From assembly GCF_022701215.1 (NCBI RefSeq), contig NZ_CP089976.1, positions 900,001-932,000 on the forward strand: DNA of 32,000 nt, read 5' to 3'. Both the position numbers and the translations under genes were made by a program. Each line of letters opens with the position of its first letter. The stretch's first letter is position 1. Positions 24,579-32,000 of this stretch are shown piece after piece. The notes under the pieces are model-generated. The model saw nothing but the letters and a program-made list of their open reading frames with translations, had not been told where the DNA came from and did not search any database. The DNA comes from Moraxella nasovis. Its GTDB lineage: Bacteria; Pseudomonadota; Gammaproteobacteria; Pseudomonadales; Moraxellaceae.

Positions 24579-25040
24579 ATGAAAAAATATCCCACCATAA
24601 AAGTCATTCTAGGTTATGCGTTATTAGGCGGATTATTAGGAAGTTTGCCGTTTGTATGGTTGCTTTTATTTTGGTTGTTTTTCTTGGGTGATGATTGGAA
24701 TGTTTTATTTGCGGTGGTGGAGGCTGCTGTCATGTTTGGCACCGCACCTGCTTTCTTGACAGGATTGACGCTATCTTTGACAAAAACAAGAATTAAGAAA
24801 GATTCTGATTACTGGCGAATATTTACCATTGGTTTTGTGATGACATTTTTGTGCTTTTTAATTACTGGGATATTTGACCTATTAATGGATGGTATGGATG
24901 TGTATTATGTTATTAAAAGAAGTGTATTTGGATTTTTGTTTTTTGGGATTTTTGGGCTGATTGGTGGTATAGCATCCGTGGCATTAGCCAAATTTTTACT
25001 CCCCAAATCTGCTTGCCCCACCAACCAAAGCATGCGATAA
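24579..25040 (+). CDS. Hypothetical 4-TM membrane protein (paralogue B)
   Basis: The start at 24579 (MKKYPTIKV) is preceded by AAGGA. The track N-terminal extension from 24411 overlaps paralogue A and is rejected. Confidence 0.6.
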   Translation: MKKYPTIKVILGYALLGGLLGSLPFVWLLLFWLFFLGDDWNVLFAVVEAAVMFGTAPAFLTGLTLSLTKTRIKKDSDYWRIFTIGFVMTFLCFLITGIFDLLMDGMDVYYVIKRSVFGFLFFGIFGLIGGIASVALAKFLLPKSACPTNQSMR

Positions 25041-25076
25041 TAGTTGGTTTAACTTTTATTTTATTCAAGGAAACTC

Positions 25077-26738
25077 ATGGCACAATACATCTACACCATG
25101 AACAAAGTGTCAAAACTTGTTCCACCCAAGCGTGAAATCCTAAAAGACATCTCGCTGTCTTTCTTCCCAGGGGCGAAAATTGGCGTACTCGGTCTAAACG
25201 GTGCTGGCAAATCCACACTTCTTCGTATCATGGCAGGCGTGGATACCGAATACAATGGCGAAGCACGCCCACAAACAGGCATCAAGATTGGCTACCTACC
25301 CCAAGAGCCACAGCTTGACCCCACCAAAGACGTGCGTGGTAATGTAGAAGATGGCGTGCGTGAAGCCCTAGACGCTCTTGACCGCCTAAACCAAATCTAT
25401 GCCGAATATGCCGAGCCTGATGCTGATTTTGATAAGCTGGCTGCCGAGCAAGGCAAGATGGAAGATATTATCACTGCTTGGGACGCACACAACCTAAATA
25501 CTCAGCTTGAAAAAGCAGCGGACGCACTTCGTCTGCCACCTTGGGACGCTGATGTGTCTAAGCTGTCTGGGGGCGAAAAACGCCGTGTCGCATTGTGTCG
25601 CCTGCTGTTATCCAAGCCTGATATGCTCCTACTTGACGAGCCGACCAACCACTTGGACGCAGAGAGTGTGGCGTGGCTTGAGCGTTTCTTAAAAGACTAC
25701 TCTGGCACGATTGTGGCGATTACGCATGACCGCTATTTTCTTGACAATGTCGCTGAGTGGATTTTGGAGCTGGACCGTGGCTATGGCTATCCGTATCAAG
25801 GCAACTATACCGAATGGCTTGAACAGAAAAACAAACGTCTAGAACAAGAACAAAAACAAGAAGAAGCCTTTGCCAAAGCCCTAAAACAAGAGCTAGAATG
25901 GGTACGCAAAAACCAAAAGGGTCAGCAAGCCAAATCCAAATCTCGCCTAGAACGCTTTGAAGAGATGAACTCACGAGAGTTCCAACAGCGTAACGAAACC
26001 GCCGAAATTTATATCCCACCGGGACCACGCCTTGGCAATAAAGTGATTGAAGTTAATAACATTTCCAAATCCTTTGGCGACCGTCTGCTGTATGAAAATC
26101 TATCTTTCACCGTGCCACCCTTAGCGATTGTCGGTATCGTAGGACCTAACGGCGTGGGTAAAACCACCTTATTTAACATGATTACAGGTAAAGATAAGCC
26201 AGACACAGGCACTGTGGAGATTGGCGAGAGCGTGAAAGTTGCCTATGTGGGTCAGGTGCGTGATGATCTTGATGACAAAAAAACCGTGTGGGAAGAAGTG
26301 TCGGACGGACTTGACATGATAACGGTGGGCGAGTATACCACACCAAGCCGTGCCTACATCGGACGCTTTAACTTTAAAGGTCAAGACCAACAAAAACTCG
26401 TTGGCAATCTATCAGGTGGTGAGCGAAATCGCCTACAACTTGCCAAAACCCTAAAACAAGGGGCGAACGTTATCCTACTGGACGAGCCGTCCAACGACCT
26501 TGATGTGGAGACCTTGCGTGCCTTAGAAGATGCGATTCAAGTGTTCCCCGGCACAGTGATGGTCGTTTCGCATGACAGATGGTTCTTGGACCGTATTTGT
26601 ACGCATATTTTATCTTTTGAGAATGAAGAGCCTGAATTTTTTGATGGTAATTATTCAGAATACGAAAAATGGCGTAAGGAGCGATTGGGGGCAGATGCCA
26701 CACCAAAAAGAACGAAATATAAAAAGATTGGTGGGTAA
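25077..26738 (+). CDS. ettA: Energy-dependent translational throttle ABC-F ATPase EttA
   Basis: 553 aa. The N-terminus MAQYIYTMNKVSK.VPPKREILKDISLSFFPGAKIGVLGLNGAGKSTLLRIMAG is near-identical to EttA. Two ABC cassettes with LSGGE signatures are present. Confidence 0.96.
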   Translation: MAQYIYTMNKVSKLVPPKREILKDISLSFFPGAKIGVLGLNGAGKSTLLRIMAGVDTEYNGEARPQTGIKIGYLPQEPQLDPTKDVRGNVEDGVREALDALDRLNQIYAEYAEPDADFDKLAAEQGKMEDIITAWDAHNLNTQLEKAADALRLPPWDADVSKLSGGEKRRVALCRLLLSKPDMLLLDEPTNHLDAESVAWLERFLKDYSGTIVAITHDRYFLDNVAEWILELDRGYGYPYQGNYTEWLEQKNKRLEQEQKQEEAFAKALKQELEWVRKNQKGQQAKSKSRLERFEEMNSREFQQRNETAEIYIPPGPRLGNKVIEVNNISKSFGDRLLYENLSFTVPPLAIVGIVGPNGVGKTTLFNMITGKDKPDTGTVEIGESVKVAYVGQVRDDLDDKKTVWEEVSDGLDMITVGEYTTPSRAYIGRFNFKGQDQQKLVGNLSGGERNRLQLAKTLKQGANVILLDEPSNDLDVETLRALEDAIQVFPGTVMVVSHDRWFLDRICTHILSFENEEPEFFDGNYSEYEKWRKERLGADATPKRTKYKKIGG

Positions 26739-26747
26739 GCCCTAAAT

Positions 26748-26776
26748 AAAAGCCCGTGATAAAATCATGGGCTTTT
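26748..26776 (+). terminator. ettA rho-independent terminator
   Basis: AAAAGCCCGTGAT / ATCATGGGCTTTT stem (one G-U pair) with a T-run. Confidence 0.8.
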
Positions 26777-26805
26777 ATTGTATTTATATAGTTAATAGGA
26801 AAAAT

Positions 26806-27474
26806 ATGAAAAAATTGCCTTATGTTGGATTGCTATTTGGTTTGGCAATCTCTGCTTGTTCATTTGCCGATACTACCGCCCCCACCATTAAACCCATAGA
26901 GCATTTCCCAAAAACACCAGATGTGAATTGCCGTGATGGGAATGCCAAATTACATGATGAATGTGGCGACCAAGTATTAATTATCAAAAATGCCATTGCC
27001 ACCGCCCAATCTCAAAATAAAAATGTTCTTATGATTTATGGGGGCGAATGGTGTATTTGGTGTCATGTTTTGGATAGATATTTTAATGGGAAAATTCAAA
27101 CACATGATTATGTTTGGCGTGATAGTAATGGCGATTTGTCGCAATGGGTAATGAATGAAAATATTACTCAAAATGACATTGATAACGCCATAAAATTAAA
27201 TCATTATGTGGCGGATAACTTTGTCATTGCTCATATTGACGGAGATTATGCCAATGGCGAGCAGGCTTTGGATTATGTGAATTTTACAGATGAAATCGTT
27301 GTTTATCCGACCATTATGGTTTTAAACAAACAAGGTAAGTATGCCCACCATATGCCGCCTACTAGCTTTATTGATGGATTGCAAATTCGTGAAGTAGATG
27401 GGCAGCCGTATCGTGGCTATGATAGAGCGATACTATTACAAGAATTGCAAAAACTACATGGTATGGCAAAATAA
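26806..27474 (+). CDS. Thioredoxin-fold lipoprotein with a CxxC motif
   Basis: MKKLPYVGLLFGLAISAC has a signal peptide and lipobox (ISAC). GGEWCIWCHVLD is a thioredoxin-like WCxxC site. The start at 26806 is preceded by AGGA. The track start (26767) lies inside the ettA terminator. Confidence 0.7.
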   Translation: MKKLPYVGLLFGLAISACSFADTTAPTIKPIEHFPKTPDVNCRDGNAKLHDECGDQVLIIKNAIATAQSQNKNVLMIYGGEWCIWCHVLDRYFNGKIQTHDYVWRDSNGDLSQWVMNENITQNDIDNAIKLNHYVADNFVIAHIDGDYANGEQALDYVNFTDEIVVYPTIMVLNKQGKYAHHMPPTSFIDGLQIREVDGQPYRGYDRAILLQELQKLHGMAK

Positions 27475-27524
27475 TAAATAAAATAATAAATAAGAAGTTA
27501 TTTGATTTATGGGTGGTAAACAGT

Positions 27525-27935
27525 ATGGCGAATATTTTGTATATTTTAAAAAACACTTTATTCTTTTTATTACTTACTACGCCCTTTATCGCCTATTTTA
27601 TTAAATATAAATACCAGTTGCGACTGCGTTTTGTATTTCCCATAACTTGCCTAATTGCGTATCTACTCATTATCGGCACGGCATGGGCGATAAGTGAATA
27701 TTTAAATGCGATTTTGCAAAGTTTTGATTTGAATAATAATGGATTTTTTGAAGACAATGAAATTACACCCACCCAACAAATCGCCCTACAAAGGGTTGCC
27801 AATGACACAGGCAGAGCATTAGCACCATTTATAGGGCTTGTGGTTGCACCGATTGGCGTGGGTGTGTGTTTTGGATTGTGTGCGATAATTCGTGCAATGT
27901 ACGAAGCGACCAAAACAAAAAACGACACCCCATGA
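27525..27935 (+). CDS. Hypothetical membrane protein with an EF-hand-like loop
   Basis: Three or four predicted TM segments. DLNNNGFFEDNE (27726-27761) fits the 12-residue EF-hand loop pattern DxNxNGx(hydrophobic)xxxE. Confidence 0.55.
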   Translation: MANILYILKNTLFFLLLTTPFIAYFIKYKYQLRLRFVFPITCLIAYLLIIGTAWAISEYLNAILQSFDLNNNGFFEDNEITPTQQIALQRVANDTGRALAPFIGLVVAPIGVGVCFGLCAIIRAMYEATKTKNDTP

Positions 27936-27945
27936 TGTCGTTTTT
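27918..27945 (+). terminator. Rho-independent terminator overlapping the stop codon
   Basis: AAAAACGACA / TGTCGTTTTT stem. Confidence 0.7.
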
Positions 27946-27975
27946 ATTGTTTTGTATCAGTAGCTAAAATATGAT

Positions 27976-28179
27976 TTAAAAACGTGGTTCGTTAACCTGT
28001 GGATTTGGCATAATGACTTTGTTGTCTGCTTGTTTTTCTGCTTTGTCTTGGATACGCTTTAACAGACGTGCGCCAACTTTATGACCGCCTAAGACCAAAA
28101 GCAAGGGCAACGCCACAGCGACAGCACCTAAAAATACAAATAGCATTGGCATAAAAATATTGATGAATGACAACGCCAT
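27976..28179 (-). CDS. Hypothetical small single-pass membrane protein (67 aa)
   Basis: An N-terminal hydrophobic helix is followed by a charged tail. No recognisable family. Coding status rests only on ORF length and hydrophobicity pattern. Confidence 0.4.
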   Translation of the reverse strand: MALSFINIFMPMLFVFLGAVAVALPLLLVLGGHKVGARLLKRIQDKAEKQADNKVIMPNPQVNEPRF

Positions 28180-28252
28180 TTTAAGATTTGATGTGGTGAA
28201 TATTTTAATTTTATTAGTATAAATTCTTGTACTTTATGCCTAATTATCAAGC

Positions 28253-28564
28253 CTACACATCTACCATCAGATACACATCGTACGCAGGGCATTCATAAGG
28301 ATGAGCTTTCTTGTAGGCTTGAATAACCGAATGTAGCCTATCATCTGGCACTATCATCTCCACACGCCATTCTTTGACAGTCTCAAGAGTGCCAACCTGA
28401 CCGATAGTAGGATTAGCTCCCTTAAGTGGCTTAAACTGACCTACTCCCAAAACCTCCCAAGCACAGCAAGAATAATTACCAAACTGCCCTGCACCTGCCT
28501 GAAACACCGCCTCTTTTACCTCGTCTAAATGTTCTTGGGGTATATAGATGATTAATTTATACAT
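28253..28564 (-). CDS. YqfO/NIF3-insert-like small protein (COG3323-type, PII-like fold)
   Basis: 103 aa: MYKLIIYIP..HL..VK.A.F.AGAG..GNY..C.W...G.GQF.P..GANP..G. Family recognised from memory. Confidence 0.65.
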   Translation of the reverse strand: MYKLIIYIPQEHLDEVKEAVFQAGAGQFGNYSCCAWEVLGVGQFKPLKGANPTIGQVGTLETVKEWRVEMIVPDDRLHSVIQAYKKAHPYECPAYDVYLMVDV

Positions 28565-28576
28565 CTTTTTTCCTTA

Positions 28577-28609
28577 CAAAAAACCCAAAACATCACATTT
28601 TGGGTTTTT
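28577..28609. terminator. Bidirectional-looking terminator after purC
   Basis: AAAAAACCCAAAA / TTTTGGGTTTTTT stem. Confidence 0.75.
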
Positions 28610-28624
28610 TATTCATCGACTCAA

Positions 28625-29341
28625 TCAGTCTTCTAGTGGCACACCAATTCGGCGGGCGACTTCTTCATAACCTTCTACCACATCGCCTAAGCCTTGGCGG
28701 AAACGATCTTTATCTAGTTTTTTCTTAGTTTGTTTATCCCAAAGGCGGCAACCGTCTGGCGAGAACTCATCACCAAGCACAATTCGACCTTGGAATAAGC
28801 CAAATTCAAGCTTAAAGTCCACAAGCAAAAGACCTGCTTCATCAAAAATAGCTGATAAAACTTCATTCACCTTATAAGTGAGCTTCTTCATCTGATCAAG
28901 CTCATCAGCTGTGGCAAAACCTAGGGCGATAGCAGTTGATTCTGACAGCATTGGATCGCCAAGCTTATCGTCTTTATAAAAAAGCTCATACGTTGGTGGC
29001 AGTAGTGGCAAGCCTTCTTCTAGACCTAGACGCTTCATTAGCCCGCCTGCTGCATAGTTACGCACCACGCATTCCACAGGAATCATTTTTAGGCGTTTGA
29101 CCAGCACTTCATCGTCAGATAGCTGACGCTCAAAGTGTGTCTCAACACCAGCTTCGGCAAGTTTTTGCATAATAAAAGCATTAAAGCGATTATTGACCTT
29201 ACCCTTGCGGTCAAGCTGGGCAATTTTCTCGCCATTGAATGCACTGGCGTCGTTACGAAAGTGCAAAATCAGATAATCAGCATCATGTGTCTCATAGACA
29301 GATTTTGCTTTACCAGTATAAAGAAGTGCTTGTTTTTCCAT
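28625..29341 (-). CDS. purC: Phosphoribosylaminoimidazole-succinocarboxamide (SAICAR) synthase
   Basis: 238 aa: [10 protein letters not shown]......L...F.....AF.G........KG..NN.....M, and C-terminal DKDRFR. The purC-bamC-dapA neighbourhood matches E. coli. Confidence 0.95.
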   Translation of the reverse strand: MEKQALLYTGKAKSVYETHDADYLILHFRNDASAFNGEKIAQLDRKGKVNNRFNAFIMQKLAEAGVETHFERQLSDDEVLVKRLKMIPVECVVRNYAAGGLMKRLGLEEGLPLLPPTYELFYKDDKLGDPMLSESTAIALGFATADELDQMKKLTYKVNEVLSAIFDEAGLLLVDFKLEFGLFQGRIVLGDEFSPDGCRLWDKQTKKKLDKDRFRQGLGDVVEGYEEVARRIGVPLED

Positions 29342-29377
29342 AGAAAAGCCCTAAAAGTCGTTAATAAAACCAATAAA

Positions 29378-29662
29378 TTAATGAATGCTTGGCGGTGCTG
29401 GCAATTGATATTGCTTGCCTGAGCTGTTTTTTAGATCAAGCTGATTATCACCAAGCTCCACGGTTGGATATAGCGGAATAAAGTTGCCTGTCACCTGATC
29501 AGCAGGAAGCTTAATTGGGTCAAGTTTTTGGCTTGATTGATAATCAAGACTGCCGTCACTACGCTTAGCCAACAGATTTTTGGTGGCACTACAGCCTGTC
29601 AAAACTAGGCTTACAACCAATGCTGTAAATGTAATTTTTAATACGTTCATCTTTTTACCCAT
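29378..29662 (-). CDS. Small lipoprotein in the bamC (nlpB) syntenic slot
   Basis: Signal peptide and lipobox LTGC. It lies between dapA and purC, exactly where E. coli has bamC. Only 94 aa; see findings. Its start overlaps the dapA stop (TAATG); an alternative ATG lies at 29650. Confidence 0.65.
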   Translation of the reverse strand: MGKKMNVLKITFTALVVSLVLTGCSATKNLLAKRSDGSLDYQSSQKLDPIKLPADQVTGNFIPLYPTVELGDNQLDLKNSSGKQYQLPAPPSIH

Positions 29663-30567
29663 TAAATCAAATTCGCCTTGGTCAGTGCTGCATCAATCAC
29701 AGGCTGATACTCTTTAGATAACCAAACCAGTGGCAAGCGAATGCCTTTATCAATCTTGCCCATCTTGTATAAAGCATACTTAGTTGGCTGAGGACTTGCC
29801 TCACAAAATAAATCGCTGTGTAAGTGCTTAATGGTGTCGTGCAAAGCGTTCGCTTCGTCAAATTTACCCTCAAGTGCCAAAGTAAAAGTTTGGCTCATCG
29901 CACGAGGAACGACATTCGCCGTTACAGAGATGTTACCCCTGCCACCAAGCTTAATAAGCTCTAAAGCGGTCGGATCATCGCCTGACAGCACCACGATGTG
30001 ATCACTAACTGCCTCAATTAACGCCCGACCACGGGTCAGATCGCCTGTCGCATCTTTAATGGCGACGATATTTGGAATGGTCATCAGGCGTTCTACAGTC
30101 GCCTGCTGTAAATCTACCACGGTGCGTCCTGGCACGTTATATAAAATTTGTGGAATGTCCACCGCATTGGCAATCGCCTTATAGTGCTGATAGATACCTT
30201 CTTGGGAAGGCTTATTGTAGTATGGCACGACAAGCAGTGCAGCATCTGCCCCTGCGTCTTTGGCGTATTGGGTTAATTCGATCGCTTCAAGCGTGTTATT
30301 TGCCCCTGTACCTGCGATGACGGGTACACGTCCTGCCACTTGCTGAACAAAAAACTTAATCACTTCAGCATGCTCTTGCATAGATAAAGTTGCCGACTCG
30401 CCTGTCGTACCAACTGCCACGATAGCGTGCGTACCTTCTGCGATTTGCCATTCGATAAGCTTTGCAAGAGCGTCATAATCTACCGCACCGTCTACCGTCA
30501 TCGGCGTAATTAGCGCAGGTATCGAGCCGTGCAGTCTGCTTTTTATATCTTGATATGCGTCTGCCAT
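29662..30567 (-). CDS. dapA: 4-hydroxy-tetrahydrodipicolinate synthase
   Basis: 301 aa with GSIPALITPM, VGTTGES.TL and the active-site Lys context AIKDATG. Confidence 0.95.
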   Translation of the reverse strand: MADAYQDIKSRLHGSIPALITPMTVDGAVDYDALAKLIEWQIAEGTHAIVAVGTTGESATLSMQEHAEVIKFFVQQVAGRVPVIAGTGANNTLEAIELTQYAKDAGADAALLVVPYYNKPSQEGIYQHYKAIANAVDIPQILYNVPGRTVVDLQQATVERLMTIPNIVAIKDATGDLTRGRALIEAVSDHIVVLSGDDPTALELIKLGGRGNISVTANVVPRAMSQTFTLALEGKFDEANALHDTIKHLHSDLFCEASPQPTKYALYKMGKIDKGIRLPLVWLSKEYQPVIDAALTKANLI

Positions 30568-30702
30568 GAGAACCTACTTTGATTTATCCTAATTCAAGAA
30601 ATTAGCCTAGTTTATCACACTTGTTTTGGTGATGTGCAGATTTGGTTGCAATTTTTCTAAAATTTTTATTAATGCTTTTAATGTTTAAAACAAGCTCATC
30701 AT

Positions 30703-31338
30703 CTATTGATTGCCATTTGGTAAAAATGGCTCAAGCTTTAAGATAATTTTTGCCAAGACATCTTCTGGCGAACCACTAGCGTCAATGCGGCAGATTCTAT
30801 CATAGTGCATGGCTTGATACTGTAAGCCTTCATACACTCGCTCAAAAAACGCTAACTTTTCAGTCTCAAAGCGGTCAGCGACGCTACGCTTAGATGCTCG
30901 GCTCATACCAAGATGAACATCCAAATCCAACCAAAACGTTAAATCCGGCAAGCGTGGCACAAAGCCATCTGTTAAAAGCTTGATTTTTTGTAAAGCTGCC
31001 TTATCACCAAAGAACCGCCCAAAGCCTTGATATGCAACTGTGCTATCCACAAAGCGATCACAAATCACCCACTTATCGGCAGCTAGTGCAGGCAAGATGG
31101 TCTGATGTAGATGATCAGCCCTAGCACTGTGCATTAATAAAAGCTCGGTATCATCATTAATCTGAGTGTCTTTATCTAGCAAAATGGCTCTTAGTTTCTC
31201 AGCAACGATACTACCGCCAGGCTCACGAGTGCGGATAAAATCCACCCCTTTATCGGCTAATGTTTGGCAAAGATGGTCGATGGCGGTAGTCTTACCCACC
31301 CCTTCTGTGCCTTCAAAACTGATGAATAAAGCACTCAT
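30703..31338 (-). CDS. tmk: Thymidylate kinase
   Basis: P-loop FISFEGTEGVGKTT, DRF..S..AYQG. It overlaps mltG by 4 nt. Confidence 0.93.
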   Translation of the reverse strand: MSALFISFEGTEGVGKTTAIDHLCQTLADKGVDFIRTREPGGSIVAEKLRAILLDKDTQINDDTELLLMHSARADHLHQTILPALAADKWVICDRFVDSTVAYQGFGRFFGDKAALQKIKLLTDGFVPRLPDLTFWLDLDVHLGMSRASKRSVADRFETEKLAFFERVYEGLQYQAMHYDRICRIDASGSPEDVLAKIILKLEPFLPNGNQ

Positions 31339-32000
31339 TTTGCATTATCCTTTAGAGTGGCACGATACTTGGCAACCGCCTGATTATGCTCATCTAAGGT
31401 GCGGCTAAACGTGTGTCCACCTTTGCCTGTCGCCACAAAATACACCACATCTGTATCTGCTGGGTGCATAGCGGCACGAATAGATGCAGCAGATGGTAAG
31501 GCGATTGGCGTTGGTGGCAGTCCATTAATCTGGTAGGTGTTATAGGCGGTTTTTTCGCTAATGTTTGAACGGTAAATCTTACCATCATAGCGATCAAACA
31601 AACCATAGATGATGGTCGGATCTGTTTGTAGTCGCATACCTTGGCGTAAGCGATTAATAAATACTGCCGCTACCTTTTGACGCTCATCATCAATGCTTGT
31701 TTCTTTTTCAATGATGCTTGCCATGATGAGTGCTTCATAAGGCGACTGATAAGGCAAATTGGCATCTTTGTCATCCCACTCTGCCTGTAAGAGCTTTTTT
31801 TGTTCGCTATATAGTCGTTTTAGGATTTGGCGGTCACTTGTTCCATAATCAAATAAGTAGGTATTTGGAGCAAACCACCCTTCTAAATTGCCTTGCCCGC
31901 CTTTTGACTTGTCAATTTGCAAAGCTTCTGCCACCGCCTTATTATCAGCTGCAACATCCTGCCACGTATAATCGGCAGTCTTTGGAGCTAACAGCTCAAG
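31335..32000 (-). CDS. mltG: Endolytic murein transglycosylase MltG (YceG family), C-terminal part; the N-terminus runs off the right edge
   Basis: YceG motifs are present: LEGWFAPNTY, ASIIEKET, VFINRLR.GM.LQTDPT.IYG, YNTY...GLPP.PIA.P. The frame remains open beyond the internal Met at 31934 to the window end. mltG-tmk order matches E. coli. Confidence 0.9.
   Translation of the reverse strand, partial: LELLAPKTADYTWQDVAADNKAVAEALQIDKSKGGQGNLEGWFAPNTYLFDYGTSDRQILKRLYSEQKKLLQAEWDDKDANLPYQSPYEALIMASIIEKETSIDDERQKVAAVFINRLRQGMRLQTDPTIIYGLFDRYDGKIYRSNISEKTAYNTYQINGLPPTPIALPSAASIRAAMHPADTDVVYFVATGKGGHTFSRTLDEHNQAVAKYRATLKDNAK

Overview
Chromosomal, mostly housekeeping window of moderate-to-low GC. 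Protein sequences and gene order look Moraxellaceae-like, which is an inference.

Core content, left to right:
- TCA-cycle cluster: gltA divergent from sdhCDAB, then sucA. An opposite-strand nitroreductase gene is wedged between sdhB and sucA.
- tex, then an OmpR orthologue with no adjacent sensor kinase.
- lptG-lptF divergent from pepA.
- An internally deleted rraA remnant.
- An RluA-family pseudouridine synthase and a PF06189-type 5'-nucleotidase.
- A trpR-like repressor with a trpE/trpG-like pair.
- An Rrf2 regulator, yigZ, two paralogous small membrane proteins and ettA.
- A thioredoxin-like lipoprotein and an EF-hand-like membrane protein.
- purC-(short BamC-like lipoprotein)-dapA, then tmk-mltG.

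No tRNA, rRNA, CRISPR array, IS element or phage gene was seen.

The stand-out is the 22.6-23.3 kb intergenic region. It holds three head-to-tail units. Each has a perfect GacA/UvrY-type box (TGTAAGCCAAATCTTACA), a -10 element about 45 bp downstream, a 130-150 nt GGA-rich body with GGA in hairpin loops, and a rho-independent terminator. I read this as a tandem array of three Csr/Rsm-family CsrA/RsmA-sequestering sRNA genes. Copies 1 and 2 are a 249-bp duplication differing at 2 positions. Copy 3 shares only the first 36 nt, including the GacA box; its -10 sits at the same offset.

The second notable signal is a shared promoter-operator module: -35, 17-bp spacer, -10, then a conserved 20-nt CTAG-containing element. 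It sits in front of both the trpR-like gene and the trpE/G-like pair. An E. coli trp-operator-like palindrome also lies in the unexplained 440-bp spacer between them.
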